Shown here: positions 61,313-64,000 of the stretch, in pieces
Layout: every line of letters begins with the position of its first letter
How positions within the stretch are numbered: the stretch's first letter is position 1
Assembly (NCBI GenBank): GCA_048882505.1
Contig: JBHLRO010000003.1
Coordinates: 15,157-79,156 of the forward strand
From: Candidatus Thorarchaeota archaeon
Lineage (GTDB): Archaea; Asgardarchaeota; Heimdallarchaeia; Hodarchaeales; Hodarchaeaceae
Length of the DNA stretch: 64,000 nucleotides
Direction of reading: 5' to 3'
The notes under the pieces: generated by a model
The model's input: the letters and a program-made list of their open reading frames with translations, nothing else
What the model was told of the DNA's origin: nothing
The model's database searches: none
Program-made: the position numbers and the translations under genes

Positions 61313-62593
61313 GTGGTAAGCGCTGGATCAAGACCGATATACTTCTTGTTAAGCCTGCATGGACTTACGATTCTTGATGTCAAATTCAGCAGTTTTGCCC
61401 CAAAAACAGATTCTGTGCTTTTGGGAGGTTTAGTCCATGCTATATCGACCTTTTCCGATACTATTACCGACAATATTTCATCAGAGACTGGTACATTGAA
61501 CGTAATAGAACGAGAGGGGAAGAAGATTATGTTTGAAAGGGGCCAAGAGGTGGAGGCTATTCTAGTTGCAGACCAAGAAAGTATGATCCTGATGGAAAAG
61601 ATTCGTTCAATAATTGATATTTTTGAAGAAAATTATCTGGATAGACTTAGGAAAAGCCCTCACATTGTTCACGAGGACTATATCGATTTTATGAACATAA
61701 CGCAGAAATATTTCCTCGCAGTATTGGACGAAAACGTAATATTCAAGTCAACAAAGCAACCACATGCCTTGGGGTCAAAGTTACGAATACCAAATAAGTG
61801 GGTACAACTTTCCGAGTTCTATAATGGTAAGAAGTCGGTCAATGAGGTTACTCGAGAAATTCGCTGGCCAAAACCTTATGTACTAACTAGAACAGCAATG
61901 TTTCAACTTCTGGGAACCATCAAACCAGTGGATATATCAATCCGCGATACGGACCTTTTTATAATCGATGAAGCATATTTGTCCGGAATCCTGCTTGAAC
62001 AGGGTACCGCTTACCAAACAATAAAAAAAACATGGGATGAGTGGGGAGTGAGACTTACACAATCCCTAGATGGCAGGAACACCATTTCTACTCTTGCAAC
62101 CAGATTTGGTGATACGTTAGAACATGAAAGGAGGGTTCCCCATTTTCTGAGATGGCTATCGTTACAGGGTTACATTTCCCCTCTGTCGGATTCCGACTTA
62201 ATAATAATAATATTTGAGGGGTTTTTAAACAACTTCCATCGTAGAATACATGCGGCAGTAGGGGATATGGTATGCTATGACATCTTTGAGGCGATTTTTA
62301 AACAAGATGCATCACAAGCAAGAAGTAAAGGTCGAACATTGTCTGTTGCCAAATTGGTTGATTATGATGTCGTTTCTTTTCATTTTGAGAAACTTCAATC
62401 TATTATGAAGGGCCGTTCTGAGATCATTACTCCGCTATTTCAACAAGCATTCCTTACCTTCCTTGACAATATTATTCGAATCATAAGTAAGGTGCTAGGA
62501 AAGAAGAGTGCACTCCAACTTATTCAACTTTCGATTCTAGAGACGGAAAAGAAATATGGCCCTCTAATCTATGATCTACTGTTTACTGCGTGA
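61313..62593 (+). CDS. hypothetical protein with N-terminal roadblock/longin-like motif (tentative)
   Basis: 426 aa; N-terminal motif shared with 50516..51064 (see that feature); 3' end overlaps convergent ThrC-like gene by 25 nt. Confidence 0.4.
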   Translation: MVSAGSRPIYFLLSLHGLTILDVKFSSFAPKTDSVLLGGLVHAISTFSDTITDNISSETGTLNVIEREGKKIMFERGQEVEAILVADQESMILMEKIRSIIDIFEENYLDRLRKSPHIVHEDYIDFMNITQKYFLAVLDENVIFKSTKQPHALGSKLRIPNKWVQLSEFYNGKKSVNEVTREIRWPKPYVLTRTAMFQLLGTIKPVDISIRDTDLFIIDEAYLSGILLEQGTAYQTIKKTWDEWGVRLTQSLDGRNTISTLATRFGDTLEHERRVPHFLRWLSLQGYISPLSDSDLIIIIFEGFLNNFHRRIHAAVGDMVCYDIFEAIFKQDASQARSKGRTLSVAKLVDYDVVSFHFEKLQSIMKGRSEIITPLFQQAFLTFLDNIIRIISKVLGKKSALQLIQLSILETEKKYGPLIYDLLFTA

Positions 62594-63798
62594 TTTTTAT
62601 TGTGGTTCATTATGATATTCCAGATATCAGGGTAGATAAACCCTGATCCTGTACCCAAACATACTATTGTTTCTGATTTATCCAAAAAATCCCTTTGTAA
62701 CAGTTCCTCTAACGCTGCAAATGTGGCAGCACCTTCAGGTGACAGAAATATACCCTCTTCCTTTGCCAAGGTTTTCATAGCCGTAAGAGCTGATGCATCG
62801 TTGATTGCTATGGCTGTCCCATTGGATTCGTATAGCACAGAGAGAACTAGGTAGTCCGCAAATGCCTTGGGTACACGTAACCCCGGAATTATCGTTTTAG
62901 GATCTTTCCAGTACTCGGAAGTTGGATTTCCCCGTTCAAACGCTTTTACAATAGGAGCACATCCCTTAACCTGAACTGCAACCATACGAGGGTAATTCTC
63001 GATATATCCTAATTCTCGAAATTCCTTTATGGCCTTCCAAATGCCCACGATTCCCGTACCTCCCCCGACGGGATAAATAATCGTGTCGGGAACGTTCCAC
63101 TCTAACTGTTCTAAGATTTCCATTCCCATCGTCTTTTTTCCTTCCACTCGGTATGGTTCCCTAAACGTAGCTATATTGAACCATCCAAATTGGTTCACCG
63201 CACTCTGAACTGCGACTCCAGCCTCATCAATCAGTCCTTCCACCAGATTAACGGAACCCCCTAAATATTTGGCTACATTTTGAATGAAATGAGGTGTGGT
63301 TTTTGGCATAAAAATGTGAGCTTCTGTTCCTGAACAAGCCGTGTACGCTGCAAGCGCTGCGCCAGCGTTCCCCGCGGTTGGTATAGTATATACTGAAACT
63401 CCAAGTTCACACCCTTTTGAAATTGCTGACGCCAAGCCACGAGCTTTGAATGTTCCAGTGGGATTTTGACCTTCGTCTTTTATTAAAATGTGTTTAAAAC
63501 CTGAATTCTTGGACAAGGGAATCAAGGGCGTCCATCCTTCCCCAAGCGTGAATCTGAAGGAAGGATCCACTACGGGCATCACTTCAGGATAACGCCAGAT
63601 GTTATAGCTTCGCTGGAGAGCCTTGTCGTTTTGAAGCGAATTTTTTACTTTTTCCAAATCATATTGGGCGAAGAAAATGCCCCCACATCGAGGACAAATA
63701 GTTCTAGGTCTAGTAGGTTCAGTTATATATGAACATTTCGTACATGCCAGCTTTTCTAAGAAGCTGGGAGCTGTTTCACTAAAATTAGCTGGAGACAT
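62569..63798 (-). CDS. threonine synthase-like PLP-dependent enzyme (ThrC family) with N-terminal zinc ribbon
   Basis: PLP-lysine context PTGTFKARG, Gly-rich PLP phosphate loop YPVGGGTGIVG, N-terminal C-x2-C...C-x2-C (CTKCSY...CPRCGG). Confidence 0.75.
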   Translation of the reverse strand: MSPANFSETAPSFLEKLACTKCSYITEPTRPRTICPRCGGIFFAQYDLEKVKNSLQNDKALQRSYNIWRYPEVMPVVDPSFRFTLGEGWTPLIPLSKNSGFKHILIKDEGQNPTGTFKARGLASAISKGCELGVSVYTIPTAGNAGAALAAYTACSGTEAHIFMPKTTPHFIQNVAKYLGGSVNLVEGLIDEAGVAVQSAVNQFGWFNIATFREPYRVEGKKTMGMEILEQLEWNVPDTIIYPVGGGTGIVGIWKAIKEFRELGYIENYPRMVAVQVKGCAPIVKAFERGNPTSEYWKDPKTIIPGLRVPKAFADYLVLSVLYESNGTAIAINDASALTAMKTLAKEEGIFLSPEGAATFAALEELLQRDFLDKSETIVCLGTGSGFIYPDIWNIIMNHNKNHAVNSRS

Positions 63799-64000
63799 GG
63801 TACGAAGTGACGAAATCCCCGCTCTATATAACCAATATCCATCTCAAAGGTCTTTCTATAATCTCAAACATCTCAGTATATTTCCCTTATAACCTATCTT
63901 CTTTAGTGGAATAAACTATTGAAGACTTAATAAGGTGCGTAAAGGAAATGTTATTAAGAAAGGGGAGAGGAGGGCGCTTCAAACTCATTATAAACTAAAG

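Noticed and set aside
1-64000. tRNA, rRNA, CRISPR arrays, transposases/integrases
   Set aside because: Scanned intergenic regions by eye for T-loop (GTTCRAATC) and acceptor features, iterated short repeats with spacers, and DDE/tyrosine-recombinase motifs; none found. A covariance-model scan could still reveal intron-containing or atypical tRNAs.

Overview
Dense, mostly protein-coding 64 kb window of roughly 38% G+C (estimated by eye) with about 55 credible ORFs on both strands. The gene content looks archaeal (Ras/Rab-like small GTPase, RIO kinase, two M42 peptidases, ThrC-like enzyme with zinc ribbon, sequon-rich secreted hydrolases with C-terminal anchors), possibly Asgard-like, but this is inference from domain content only. 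No rRNA, tRNA, CRISPR array or transposase was recognised by eye. The window is accessory in character: many hydrolases and peptidases (M1, M42 x2, M20 x2, lipase, esterases, beta-lactamase-fold), transporters (ArsB/NhaD, DMT, MacB-type ABC), TPR proteins and regulators. Most notable observations: (1) a PadR-RDD-FtsX permease-ABC ATPase operon ending in an unusual 927-aa protein with an ABC ATPase core between a novel N-terminal domain and a coiled-coil plus wHTH tail; (2) a tail-to-tail pair of NadE-like PP-loop paralogs with degenerate ATP-binding motifs; (3) an SRAP/YedK homolog with Pro in place of the catalytic Cys2; (4) an ~860 bp segmental duplication of a stand-alone E2-type acyltransferase gene including its upstream region, inside a cluster with GNAT, two ICMT-like methyltransferases and an aminotransferase; (5) a G+C-rich (~50%) island at about 19.0-21.5 kb containing a HEPN-like ORF lying in frame behind a TAG stop; (6) ~84 bp direct repeats flanking a membrane-protein gene. 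All family assignments are from motif recognition by eye; ORF starts follow the supplied track and several use GTG/TTG or are uncertain.
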